A stretch of 64,000 nt of DNA from Rhodobacterales bacterium (GTDB lineage Bacteria > Pseudomonadota > Alphaproteobacteria > Rhodobacterales > CAZPXZ01): the NCBI GenBank assembly GCA_965221505.1, contig CBDCSI010000002.1:225575-289574 (forward strand), in the 5' to 3' direction. The stretch's first letter is position 1; each line of letters starts with the position of its first letter. The translations under genes and the position numbers were made by a program. A model generated the notes under the pieces. The model was not told the origin of the DNA, ran no database searches, and saw only the letters and a list, made by a program, of their open reading frames with translations. This document shows positions 10,390 to 19,822 of this stretch, piece after piece.

Positions 10390-10713
10390 ATGCGAAATCC
10401 GATTCTCGACGACATCGCCAAGCTGATGACCGATGCGGCCGGCGTCACGCAGGGCATCCGGCGCGAGGTCGAGACGGCTCTGGCCGGACATCTGGAACGA
10501 TGGCTGGCGGAGCAGAACTTCCCGACCTCGGAGGAGATGTCCGCACTGCGCGAATCCGTGCGGCATGCCGCGGAGGAGCGGGAGGCGCTGGCGGCGCGGA
10601 TCGTCGCCCTCGAGGCCGCGCTCGACGCAGCCCGATCGGCCGCGGGAGAGGAATCGGCCGGCGGGCCCGCGGACTCCGCGCAGGACGCAGGGGACGGGAC
10701 CGACTCGGAGTGA
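10390..10713 (+). CDS. ubiK: accessory factor UbiK (YqiC/BMFP) family coiled-coil protein
   Basis: MRNPILDDIAKLMTDAAGV... is followed by a coiled coil (EEMSALRESVRHAAEEREALAARIVALEAAL), the typical UbiK-family layout. Confidence 0.75.
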   Translation: MRNPILDDIAKLMTDAAGVTQGIRREVETALAGHLERWLAEQNFPTSEEMSALRESVRHAAEEREALAARIVALEAALDAARSAAGEESAGGPADSAQDAGDGTDSE

Positions 10714-10777
10714 TCCGAACGGCGCGTTGCGTATCGTCGCGCCGCGCGCGACCGGAGCCGAAGGGAGAACGGGCAGG

Positions 10778-11620
10778 TTGACGACCGACGCAGGGCCGAT
10801 CGCCGAACTGCTCGGAGGCAGGAGCCTCCTTCTCCTCGGGTGCGGCCGAATGGGCAGCGCGCTTCTCGAGGGCTGGCTGAGCGCCGGCGCGCCTTCGGGC
10901 AGCGTCTGCGTTCTCGAACCGGCGCCTTCCGAGTCCCTGTCGGCGCTTTCGCGTTCCGGCGCGGTCGCGCTCAATCCCGGCGCCCTCCCCGACGATCCTG
11001 CCGCCGCCGTGGTCGCCGTGAAGCCGCAGACGATCGACGCTGCCCTTCCCGCGCTCCTGCCGGCGGCGGAGGGGCTCCTGGTCGTGTCCATCGCAGCCGG
11101 CATACCCGTCCGGCGGCTCGAAGCCGCCCTCCCCGGCTGCCGCGCCGTCCGCACCATGCCCAACACGCCGGCGGCGATTCGGAGAGGCGTGTCGGCGCTC
11201 TTCGCGACTCCCGCGACGTCCGAAGCGGACCGGGAACTGGCCGACGCGCTGCTTGGCGCCGCAGGCGCCACGGTATGGCTGGACAGCGAGTCCGACATGG
11301 ATGCCGTCACCGCGGTGTCCGGTTCCGGACCCGCCTGGGTCTTCGCCCTGATCGAGGCGTTGGGCAAGGCGGGGGAGGCGGAGGGGTTGCCGCGCGAATT
11401 GGCGAGAGTCCTGGCGCGGCAGACCGTCGTCGGCGCCGGCGCTCTGGTCGAGCGGTCGGACGAATCGCCGGAAGCGCTTCGAGAGGCGGTGACCAGCCCC
11501 GCAGGCACGACAGCGGCCGGTCTCGAGCGGTTGCTGGATCCGGATATCGGCCTCGACCCGCTGATCCGTCGCACGGTCCGTGCCGCCGCGCGGCGAAGCA
11601 GGGAGTTAGCCGGGAGCTGA
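10778..11620 (+). CDS. proC: pyrroline-5-carboxylate reductase
   Basis: TTG 10778 sits 10 nt downstream of AAGGGAGA. The NADP fold LLLGCGRMGSALLEG and the motifs MPNTPAAI, VSGSGPAWVF and SPAGTTAAGL are present. Confidence 0.9.
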   Translation: MTTDAGPIAELLGGRSLLLLGCGRMGSALLEGWLSAGAPSGSVCVLEPAPSESLSALSRSGAVALNPGALPDDPAAAVVAVKPQTIDAALPALLPAAEGLLVVSIAAGIPVRRLEAALPGCRAVRTMPNTPAAIRRGVSALFATPATSEADRELADALLGAAGATVWLDSESDMDAVTAVSGSGPAWVFALIEALGKAGEAEGLPRELARVLARQTVVGAGALVERSDESPEALREAVTSPAGTTAAGLERLLDPDIGLDPLIRRTVRAAARRSRELAGS

Positions 11621-13390
11621 CCCGCCGAACTGCAGCGAAGCGTAGCGGGCGTAGAGCCCCCCGGAAGCGACCAGTTCGCCGTGAGATCCCGTCGCCACGG
11701 CGCGACCGCCCTCCATGACCACGATGCGATCGACGCTCTTTACCGTCGCGAGACGATGTGCGATCGCGATGGCGGTGCGCCCACGCGCAAGCCGCGCCAT
11801 CGCCTCCTGAACCGAACGCTCGCTCTCGGCGTCGAGCGAAGAGGTCGCCTCGTCGAGAAGCAACACCGGCGCGTCCCGCAAGACCGCCCGCGCGATGGCG
11901 ACGCGCTGGTTCTGGCCGCCCGAAAGCATGACGCCCCGCTCGCCCAGCCAGGTTCCGTAGCCGTCCGGCAATTCGGACAGGAACCGATGCGCATCGGCGG
12001 TGCGCGCGGCCCGCTCGACCGCGTCCGCCCCGGCGCCGGGTCTGCCCAGCGCAATGTTGTCCGCGGCCGAACGGGCGAAAATGGCCGGATCCTGCGGGAC
12101 CAGGGCGAAGCATGCGCGCAGCCGGGCCGGATCCACTTCCCGCACGTCTACGCCGTCCAGGGTCACCCGGCCTGAATCGGGGTCGTGAAAGCGAAGCAGC
12201 AGCTGGAGCACGGTGCTCTTTCCCGCGCCGGAGGGACCGACGAGCGCGACCCGTTCGCCGGGCGCGATCGTCAACGAGAATTCGTTCAACGCCGCCTGCG
12301 TTCGCGACGGATAGCGGAACGTCACCCCCTCGAACGCGATCGCGCCGCGGGTCGGCGACGGCAACGAACGCGGACGGGCGGGCGCGGAGATGTCCCGCCT
12401 CGCGTCGAGCAACTCGAAAATCCGCTCCGCGCCACCGGCGGCGAGCTGCACGGCACTCCAGACTTCGGACAACGACGCGGCGGACCCGCCCGCCATGACC
12501 GCATAGAACACGAACTGGGCGAGTTCTCCCGGGGTCATGCGGCCGGCGGATACGTCCGTGGCGCCGACCCAAACCACGCCGACCACGCCGGCGGAGACGA
12601 GGAAAATCACCAGAGCGGTCAGCCACGCGCGCATGGCCGCTCGCTTGCGGGACGCCTCGAACGCCCGCTCGACCGCCTCCACGCCGCGGCCGGCCGCCTC
12701 TCCCTCCGCCGTGAACGCCTGCACGACGGCGATCGACTGGAGCATCTCCCCGATAATCCCGGACGCCTCGGCGATCCGGTCCTGACTCTCTCGGGCCAGG
12801 CGCCGCAATCGCCGCCCCAGAGCGAGTAGCGGCGCGATGACCACCGGCACCAGCACGCCCACCAGCAGCGTGAGCCGCGGACTGGTGATCAGCATCAGGG
12901 TGCCGGAGCCGAGAAGGAGCAGCAGGTTGCGCAGCGCCACGGACACCGTCGATCCGATCACGGTCTGGATGACGGCCATGTCGGCGGTCAGGCGAGAGAT
13001 CACTTCCCCCGTGCGCATGCGATGAAAGAAGCCCGGGCTCATGCACAGCAGATGCTCGTAGAGCGCGCTCCGAAGGTCGGCCACCAGCCGCTCGCCGATA
13101 ACGGTGACGAAGAAGAACCGGACGGCCGTCGCCGCGGCGAGACCGCCGGCGACCAGTACCAGCGCGCCGAAATACCGGTCGATCAGGGCCGTGTCGCCGG
13201 CGACGAAGCCGTTGTCGATGACGCGGCGGAGCGCGATCGGCAGCGCGAGGGTAAACCCCGACGCCAGGAGCAGCGACGCGCCGGCGGCGACGATCAGGAA
13301 TCGCTGTCGGACCAGAAACGGCCACAGCCGGCGAATGGGACGGACCGAGCTCGACTTCGGCCGGCTGAACGGTTGATCGGTGTTCGCCAT
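11606..13390 (-). CDS. ABC transporter permease/ATP-binding fusion protein (MsbA/ABCB-like exporter)
   Basis: An N-terminal six-helix ABC membrane domain is followed by Walker A GPSGAGKST, signature LSGGQNQRVAIARA and Walker B LLLDEATSSLD. Its 3' end overlaps the convergent proC by 15 nt. Confidence 0.85.
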   Translation of the reverse strand: MANTDQPFSRPKSSSVRPIRRLWPFLVRQRFLIVAAGASLLLASGFTLALPIALRRVIDNGFVAGDTALIDRYFGALVLVAGGLAAATAVRFFFVTVIGERLVADLRSALYEHLLCMSPGFFHRMRTGEVISRLTADMAVIQTVIGSTVSVALRNLLLLLGSGTLMLITSPRLTLLVGVLVPVVIAPLLALGRRLRRLARESQDRIAEASGIIGEMLQSIAVVQAFTAEGEAAGRGVEAVERAFEASRKRAAMRAWLTALVIFLVSAGVVGVVWVGATDVSAGRMTPGELAQFVFYAVMAGGSAASLSEVWSAVQLAAGGAERIFELLDARRDISAPARPRSLPSPTRGAIAFEGVTFRYPSRTQAALNEFSLTIAPGERVALVGPSGAGKSTVLQLLLRFHDPDSGRVTLDGVDVREVDPARLRACFALVPQDPAIFARSAADNIALGRPGAGADAVERAARTADAHRFLSELPDGYGTWLGERGVMLSGGQNQRVAIARAVLRDAPVLLLDEATSSLDAESERSVQEAMARLARGRTAIAIAHRLATVKSVDRIVVMEGGRAVATGSHGELVASGGLYARYASLQFGGSAPG

Positions 13391-13544
13391 GAATCGTCGC
13401 TTGCGTTCCGCGGGGCCGGATGGGAAGCCACCATATCATGAGGCCGAACGGCCGGCGTACCGCGCGCACCGGGCGAACCGTGCCAGCCGTCGGACGGGAC
13501 GGTAGTATTCCGCGCCAGTGTTCCGATCCCGAGAAGGAGTCCGA

Positions 13545-15266
13545 ATGGCCCGACACCTGATCACCTCCGCCCTGCCGTACATCAACGGCATCAAGCATCT
13601 GGGCAACCTGGTCGGTTCGATGCTGCCCTCCGACGCCTATGCCCGATACCTGCGGCTGCGGGGACACGAGGTGCTCCACATTTGCGCAACCGACGAACAC
13701 GGCACGCCGGCGGAGTTGGCCGCCGCCGACGCGGGCGTTCCGGTCGCCGAATACTGTGCCGACATGCACGAGCGGCAGAAGGCGCTGGGCGACGCGTTCC
13801 GGCTCGGGTTCGACTGGTTCGGACGGTCGAGCCGCGCTCCGACGCATTCGTTGACCCAACATTTTGCGGGAAAGCTCGCGGACGCCGGCCTGATCCGCGA
13901 AGTGACCGTGCGCCAGCTCTACTCGCCGCAGGACCGGCGCTTCCTTCCCGACCGGTTCGTGGAAGGGACCTGCCCGGCTTGCGGCTACGACCGGGCGCGC
14001 GGAGACCAGTGCGAGAACTGCACCAAGCAGCTGGATCCGGCGGATCTGATCGGGCCCCGCTCGGCGATTTCGGGCGCAACGGACCTCGAGTTTCGGGACA
14101 CGCGGCACCTGTTCCTCGCGCAGTCGAAGATGCGCGGGCAGCTCAGGGAATGGATCGAATCCAAGACCGACTGGCCGGTGCTCGCGAGCTCGATCGCGAT
14201 GAAGTGGCTTAACGAGGGCGACGGGCTGCGGGACCGGGGAATCACGCGGGACCTGGATTGGGGCGTTCCCGTCAGGCGCGACGGCGCGCCGTGGCCGGGC
14301 ATGGACGGGAAGGTCTTCTACGTCTGGTTCGACGCGCCCATCGCCTATATCGGCGCGACGGTCGAATGGGCCGAGGAGACCGGCCAGGACTGGCGCCGCT
14401 GGTGGCGGGAGGATTGCGGCGCCGAAGACGTCCGCTACACCCAGTTCATGGCCAAGGACAACATCCCCTTCCACACGCTGTCGTTTCCGGCCACCCTGAT
14501 CGGCTCGGGCGAGGCGTGGAAGCTGGTGGACTACATCAAGGGCTTCAACTGGCTGACCTTCGACGGCGGCAAGTTCTCGACCTCCCTGAAGCGCGGCGTC
14601 TTCATGGATGCCGCGATCGAGATTCTGCCGGCGAACGCATGGCGGTGGTGGCTCCTCTCGCATGCGCCGGAGAGCGGCGACGCCGATTTCACCTGGCGTT
14701 CGCTGCGGGACGGCGTCAACAAGGACCTCGCCGACAACCTCGGCAACTTCGTCAGCCGGGTCGGCGGCTTCGCCGCCAGCCGGTTCGAGGGCCGAACCCC
14801 CGACGGGGGAAGCGAGGGCGACGCCGAACGCGAACTCGGCGATGCGGTCGGCAAGCGCCTCGACGCCTACGAGGCGGCGATGGACGCCGTGGAGTTCCGT
14901 CGCGCGACGGCGGAGCTCCGGGCCCTGTGGTCGCTCGGAAACGAGTATCTCCAGCGAGCCGAACCCTGGGCGCATATCAAGCGCGACCGGCCGCGGGCCG
15001 CCGTCGCCGTTCGGACGGCCATCCAGCTCGTCCGCCTCTATGCGACGGTCTCCGCACCCTTCGTCCCGGACGCCTCGGCCGCCATCCTGAAGACTCTGGG
15101 CCTGCCGCCGCCGACCGCCGGGGACTGGCCGACCGACCGGAGCGAAATCCTGTCCGCAATCCCGGCGGGTCATCCCGTCGAGCGCCCGGCTCCGCTGTTT
15201 CGCAAGATCGAGAACGACGATATCGACGCCTGGCGCGCACGCTTCGGAGGCGAAGCGGAAGACTGA
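13545..15266 (+). CDS. metG: methionine--tRNA ligase
   Basis: HIGH-type [11 protein letters not shown], zinc knuckle [17 protein letters not shown] and KMSKS-type KFSTS. ATG 13545 is preceded by GAAGGAG. Confidence 0.95.
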   Translation: MARHLITSALPYINGIKHLGNLVGSMLPSDAYARYLRLRGHEVLHICATDEHGTPAELAAADAGVPVAEYCADMHERQKALGDAFRLGFDWFGRSSRAPTHSLTQHFAGKLADAGLIREVTVRQLYSPQDRRFLPDRFVEGTCPACGYDRARGDQCENCTKQLDPADLIGPRSAISGATDLEFRDTRHLFLAQSKMRGQLREWIESKTDWPVLASSIAMKWLNEGDGLRDRGITRDLDWGVPVRRDGAPWPGMDGKVFYVWFDAPIAYIGATVEWAEETGQDWRRWWREDCGAEDVRYTQFMAKDNIPFHTLSFPATLIGSGEAWKLVDYIKGFNWLTFDGGKFSTSLKRGVFMDAAIEILPANAWRWWLLSHAPESGDADFTWRSLRDGVNKDLADNLGNFVSRVGGFAASRFEGRTPDGGSEGDAERELGDAVGKRLDAYEAAMDAVEFRRATAELRALWSLGNEYLQRAEPWAHIKRDRPRAAVAVRTAIQLVRLYATVSAPFVPDASAAILKTLGLPPPTAGDWPTDRSEILSAIPAGHPVERPAPLFRKIENDDIDAWRARFGGEAED

Positions 15267-15683
15267 TCCGGCGGTCGACGACGCCCCGCAGTCAGGACTT
15301 CCCGTCAACGTGGACGCTCGCGCACGTACCGCTCCCGCGCGATCGGCCGATCAGCTGCGCCTGCAGGGCGGGAACGCCTGCCTCGTCGGCAAGCCGCGAC
15401 CCGTACGGGATTCGGTCTGCGGTCCCGTCGCCGGTTGTCCCGTGCCGGCCGTTCCCGGAGGCGTACGAATCGGCCGCCCCGGCGCCCGGGGGATCCGGCT
15501 TCGCCAACGGTCCGAGCGCACCGCGGAAACCGCTCGTCTCGCGGGGAGGGCTCGCCGGCTATTCAGGTCCGGGAGTCGGATGCCGGCCTGTAGTTCGCGT
15601 CGCGGAAGGCGCGCCGGTTCCCCGACGTCGCGCCGCTCGGGCGCGTGCGCAGGCGATCGCCGGCAGTCGCCGTCGGGCGTCCG

Positions 15684-16568
15684 CTACCGCTCCCGATCGG
15701 CCTCCGGCCCGATCTTGTCCTGCGTGCGTAGTTCGAAGTCCGAAGCGTCGTGCCGCTCGTGGAGCTGGTCCTCCGGCGGTCCGCTCACCCGGTTCACCTT
15801 CCGGCCCCGAATCACCGCCTCCCGCGCCGCAATCTCGTCGTGCCATCGCACCACGTTGGCGTATTCGCGGACCGAGAGGAACTCGCCCGCGTCATAGGTC
15901 CTTCCCGTAGTCAATACGCCGTACCAGGGCCAGATCGCGATGTCTGCGACGGTGTATTCATCGCCGGCGACGAAACGGACCTCGGCAAGTCGCTTGTCGA
16001 GAACGTCGAGCTGCCGCTTCACCTCCATGGCATACCGATCGATGGGATACTGCATCTTGTAGGGAGCGTAGGCGTAGAAATGCCCGAATCCGCCGCCGAG
16101 ATACGGAGCCGAGCCCATCTGCCAGAACAGCCAGGACAGGCACTCGGCCCGTTCCATCGGGTCTTCCGGGACGAAGGCGCGGAACTTTTCCGCGAGATAG
16201 AGCAGGATCGCGCCGGATTCGAACACGCGGGTCGGGCGGGGCATGCCGTAGTCCACCAACGCGGGAATTTTGGAATTCGGGTTGATGTCGACGAAGCCCG
16301 ACCCGAACTGGTCGCCGTCGCCGATTCGGATGACATATGCGTCGTACTCGGCGCCGGCATGTCCGGCCGCGAGGAGTTCCTCCAGCATCACCGTGACCTT
16401 GACTCCGTTCGGAGTCGCGAGCGAGTAGAGCTGCAGCGGATGCTTGCCGCGCGGAAGCGCCCGTTCGTGGGTCGCTCCGGATACGGGCCGGTTGATCGGC
16501 GCAAACTCGCCGCCGCTCTCGCGGATCCATTTCCAGACCCGGGGCGGTTCGTAGCCTTCGTCGGTCAT
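15684..16568 (-). CDS. yghU: glutathione S-transferase, YghU-like (Nu class)
   Basis: The N-terminus MTDEGYEPPRVWKW..GEFAPINRPVSGATHERALPRGKHPLQLYSLATPNGVKVTVMLEELL is characteristic of YghU/YfcG-type GSTs. ATG 16568 is preceded by GAGGGGA. Confidence 0.85.
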   Translation of the reverse strand: MTDEGYEPPRVWKWIRESGGEFAPINRPVSGATHERALPRGKHPLQLYSLATPNGVKVTVMLEELLAAGHAGAEYDAYVIRIGDGDQFGSGFVDINPNSKIPALVDYGMPRPTRVFESGAILLYLAEKFRAFVPEDPMERAECLSWLFWQMGSAPYLGGGFGHFYAYAPYKMQYPIDRYAMEVKRQLDVLDKRLAEVRFVAGDEYTVADIAIWPWYGVLTTGRTYDAGEFLSVREYANVVRWHDEIAAREAVIRGRKVNRVSGPPEDQLHERHDASDFELRTQDKIGPEADRER

Positions 16569-17505
16569 CTGAGGATTCCCCTCCGCTTCCTGTTCGCCTC
16601 GATGCACATGCTACTTACCGAACGAACGCGGAGCGGTAAACGCCGCCGGACGCCCGCCTCGGACGCAGGCGGTGCGAGAGCCGCCCGCCGCATCCCTGCA
16701 CCACACGGCCCCGGCTTCGCCCTCCGGCACACGCTTCGGGTTGCGGTCTCTGACCCGCCGGCGCAAGCGTCCCCGGGAACCGGCAGGAAGCGAACCGTCC
16801 GCGACCCGGGCAAACTGTCGCCGACCGAGCGGACCCGCCCCGAAGTCGAACGATGAGGGTGCGAAGCCGGCTGCGCGTCGCAGGACGTCGGGACGGGAGA
16901 CTTCGCCGGGCCAGATCGGCCGGCGACTGCACCCGCGTCAATCGGTGCGAAGCGCAACTCGTCGGGTCCGGCCGGCTGTGCCGGGCGCAACGCTCGACGC
17001 GTTTCGCAGGATCGCAGGGGGCCGGGCGGACGCTCCGTCAGGTCGCGCGTTCCGTTCTCGTGACACGGCTTGCCGGAACCGCACGCTTCGCGAGCCTCAC
17101 GACGGGTGCCGGCGATCGCACCCGGACTCTATCGCATGGGAACGGTGCGCCGGTTGCCGGAAAGCCGCCGCATCGGACTCGGTCGAACTACGCGCGAGCG
17201 AGCCGTTCGCCAGGGTTGCGGTTCTCGGCTTCCCGACCGGTCTACGTGTATAGCTCGCACGCGCCGGGGTCCAAGCCCACGTGGCGGTCTCGCCCGTTTA
17301 CGCCGCGTGAGGCGGAAGATCGAACGCTCGCGCTGCCGCCATTCCTCTGGCCAAACCCTACCGCTGGGCACGAATCAGGGGCAACCGCAGCGCCTACCTC
17401 AAGCAGCCGTCCGTCCTTGTCCCGTTTCGAGGGCGCACGGAAGCAGCGAGAAGGGCCCGCTCTACGCTCTCAGACGACGGAGGCGCGTATGCCCGCCGGC
17501 GGGAA

Positions 17506-17778
17506 TTACCCGTAGCAGTAGCAGTCACCGCTGTCGACGCCCCCGGACGCGTGCTCCAGATCCTGCGCGTCCAGACGTGGCTCGGGAGGCAGAACGAAGT
17601 GAGCTTCGGTCGCGCTGTCCTCGTATACGCTCACCTTCATCTGCTCCGGCAGGGTAACGCCAAGCTCGGACTCGATCGCCTCCTTCGGCTTCGAAAGCAA
17701 CTCTGCACGAAACGCCTCGTCGGTATTGGCACGGGTCACGAGTTGCTCCCGCATTTCCTGCATGGTCTTCACGGTCAT
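17506..17778 (-). CDS. NHLP (nitrile hydratase leader peptide) family RiPP precursor, predicted core VDSGDCYCYG
   Basis: 90 aa: MTVKTMQEMREQLVTRANTDEAFRAELLSKPKEAIESELGVTLPEQMKVSVYEDSATEAHFVLPPEPRLDAQDLEHASGG/VDSGDCYCYG. The leader matches the NHLP pattern (DEAF+.ELL..PK.A...ELG..LPE...V.V.E......VLP). The double-glycine site has hydrophobic residues at -4, -7 and -12. GGAGG lies 3 nt upstream of ATG 17778. Confidence 0.85.
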   Translation of the reverse strand: MTVKTMQEMREQLVTRANTDEAFRAELLSKPKEAIESELGVTLPEQMKVSVYEDSATEAHFVLPPEPRLDAQDLEHASGGVDSGDCYCYG

Positions 17779-17807
17779 TCCCTCCGATTTGCGTACTTGA
17801 CGCGCGG

Positions 17808-17836
17808 AGTAGACCGACAACATCTCCCCGTGTCAA
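17808..17836 (-). promoter_or_regulatory. candidate sigma70-type promoter of the NHLP precursor gene (TTGACA-N17-TCTACT)
   Basis: On the minus strand, TTGACA (17836-17831), a 17-nt spacer and TCTACT (17813-17808) lie about 30 nt upstream of ATG 17778. The -35 is perfect and the -10 is weak. Motif-level evidence only. Confidence 0.35.
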
Positions 17837-18309
17837 CGACCCGCCGGCAGTCGGGACATTCAGGACTTCCGGGGCCGGTGCGCACGCCCGGCCTCGTGTC
17901 GGTGTCGCTCTTCACTGGGAGATCCGAGGAGTCGCCCAGGACAACGCGCCGGTAGTGTCGTCTCGAGAATTGCATTGGTATCCGCCGTTCCTGTTCCGAG
18001 ATCGATGCCGTCCGCACGCCGGTCGACAAGAGGGCATGAGAGGATTCGAACAACTCACATCCTCGCGGCTTCACGGACCGTTCGGTCGACGCGCGCTCGT
18101 GGCCGCGGACTCGTCGCCGTACGTACGCGAGGCACGACCGAATCGGATCGCGCGACAGACCTCGATTCACGGCCGGAACTCGTTTCGTTATCAACTGTAC
18201 CGAACCCCGAAAGACCGGACTCCCGGAGATAGGGCGGGTCGCCTAACTTGCCGGCAAACGCCTTCCGGCAAACCCGTCCGAACGGACGACGCCGTCGCAA
18301 CGCGCCCGA

Positions 18310-18573
18310 TCAGCCGCGTGCGCCCGTATCGCCGTCGTCGGAGCCGCTGCTCTGCGGTTTCGGCCGGGGGAGCACGATGTTCAGCGATTCCGCGGAATCG
18401 AATTGCAATTCCACCGTCACTCCCTCGGGAATGTCGAGCCCTTCCGAGCGCAGCGTACCGGCGGGATCCCGTTCCAGCGACCTCCGGTATTCCGGGTCCC
18501 CGTAATACTTCGCCACCACGTCGGTCTCGATCCGCCGCCGATCGATTCGCTTGCGTTCCGCATCGCTTGTCAT
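18310..18573 (-). CDS. NHLP-related small protein / atypical RiPP precursor (no Cys, no GG site)
   Basis: 87 aa from ATG 18573, which has GGAGAAGGA upstream. The stretch VVAKYYGDPEYRRSLERDPAGTLRSEGLDIPEGVTVELQFDSAESLNIVLPRP aligns position-for-position with the leader of the 17506-17778 peptide. The tail is KPQSSGSDDGDTGARG. Confidence 0.7.
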   Translation of the reverse strand: MTSDAERKRIDRRRIETDVVAKYYGDPEYRRSLERDPAGTLRSEGLDIPEGVTVELQFDSAESLNIVLPRPKPQSSGSDDGDTGARG

Positions 18574-19822
18574 TGAACGATCCTTCTCCCCAAAATGCGG
18601 TCGGAGGCCAGGTTCGGACTTCCGCATGCGCGCAGCTCTCGGAAACCCTGGAGACGAGCCGTGGACTCGCCGCTGCACCCACGCGAGGCTGCATCTGCGA
18701 CTGCGATTCAGGCCTCCTTCCGACGATCGTCCCATGATATCGGCCATGTGCGCGTCTTGCGAACGCGGGCTTGCGAAACGTTTTCGATCCGTACGCCGCC
18801 GCAGCCGTCACGGTTGTAGAGGTTGAATTTTGCCCAATAATCGAAACCGACCGCGACGGTTCCACTTAACCGGGGCAAGCTGCCCGCCACGGAACGTCGT
18901 CCGAACGGAAGCCGCGCGGAGACGCCCGGACCCGCAACCCGCACGAACCGTGCCGCCGGGGAGACCATGCAAGCGGCGGAACGCACGCGACGGACGGGTG
19001 GCATGAGTCGCTCCTCGCGACTCGGGGGGCTCAAGTCACGGAGACGACCGCCCGGGCCTCCGGACGCCGCAGACCGGCGAGTTGAGTCAGGGCTCGTGCG
19101 GCCGCCGACCGACTGCCTCCGTCGCACCGTTCCACGCTCGGTCGCCTCGGCCGCCCGCCGCCACGGCTCGCAACCTCGGGTGCTTTGCGGCGACCGGAGG
19201 AACGTTCCGCTTGAAGGCCGAAAACTTGTCCGGTTGAAGGGTTCTACGAAGGCAGCCGGGCGCGCGATGCGCAGCTCGCCGACGCCGGCACGGCTCGAAT
19301 CCTCGACGTGCCTTCGCGCGGCGGCGCCGGGCATCGCGGAGGCTCGCGAACGGCCAGGACATTTGCCGCAGGCCGGAAGACGGTCCTTCGCTGCCGCGCT
19401 CGCCCGCACGTTCGGCCCCGGGGAGCGTCCGCCCCAGCGACCGACGCAACGGCCGGCCCGCGCCGCGAATCGCCACCCTGTCCGTCCCGCCGCCTACCGC
19501 GAATCGGCGCGGGGATTCGGCGAATCGATTCGCGGTTCGGTTCGCTGCAGGGCGGCCCGCGTCCCGGTCGGCGGCCGCGCAACCCCCTCTAATGTGTTAA
19601 AAATCGGACTCGAAATTTTTGCGGCGCTTCGCCGGCGCAGGCGAGTCCCGGCGTCACAGGAACGGCGTTTCCGCAAATAGTTACGACAAGGTCTTCCGGG
19701 TCTTTGCGAGAAAGAATCGTCAACGTATCCGCGACCTGACTTGCCAACTCACGGCAATACGGCAAGGCTCTTCCCGTTCGCGCCGGTTCCGGCGAAACCA
19801 CATCCGAGTCCAGCGGGGCGAC

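Noticed and set aside
7571-11574. Tracked ORFs of 563 aa and 1075 aa, suggesting very large proteins
   Set aside because: Each is a real gene (pgeF, or the NDUFAF7-like gene) extended upstream through non-homologous Arg-rich sequence. Overlapping start/stop tetranucleotides mark the true starts.
11307-15308. 1333-aa ORF on the minus strand spanning the ABC transporter and metG region
   Set aside because: The composition is extreme in Arg/Gly/Pro/Ala. It overlaps two well-supported genes with clear catalytic motifs. This is a typical GC-rich shadow ORF.
16850-16915. Cobalamin-riboswitch-like fragments (gagggtgcgaagccggctgcgcgtcgcagg ... gggagacttcgccgg, resembling the GGUGCGAAxCC core and the B12 box)
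   Set aside because: The resemblance is partial. The spacing between elements is much shorter than in known classes. No plus-strand gene lies downstream for it to regulate. Only an Rfam cmscan could rescue it.
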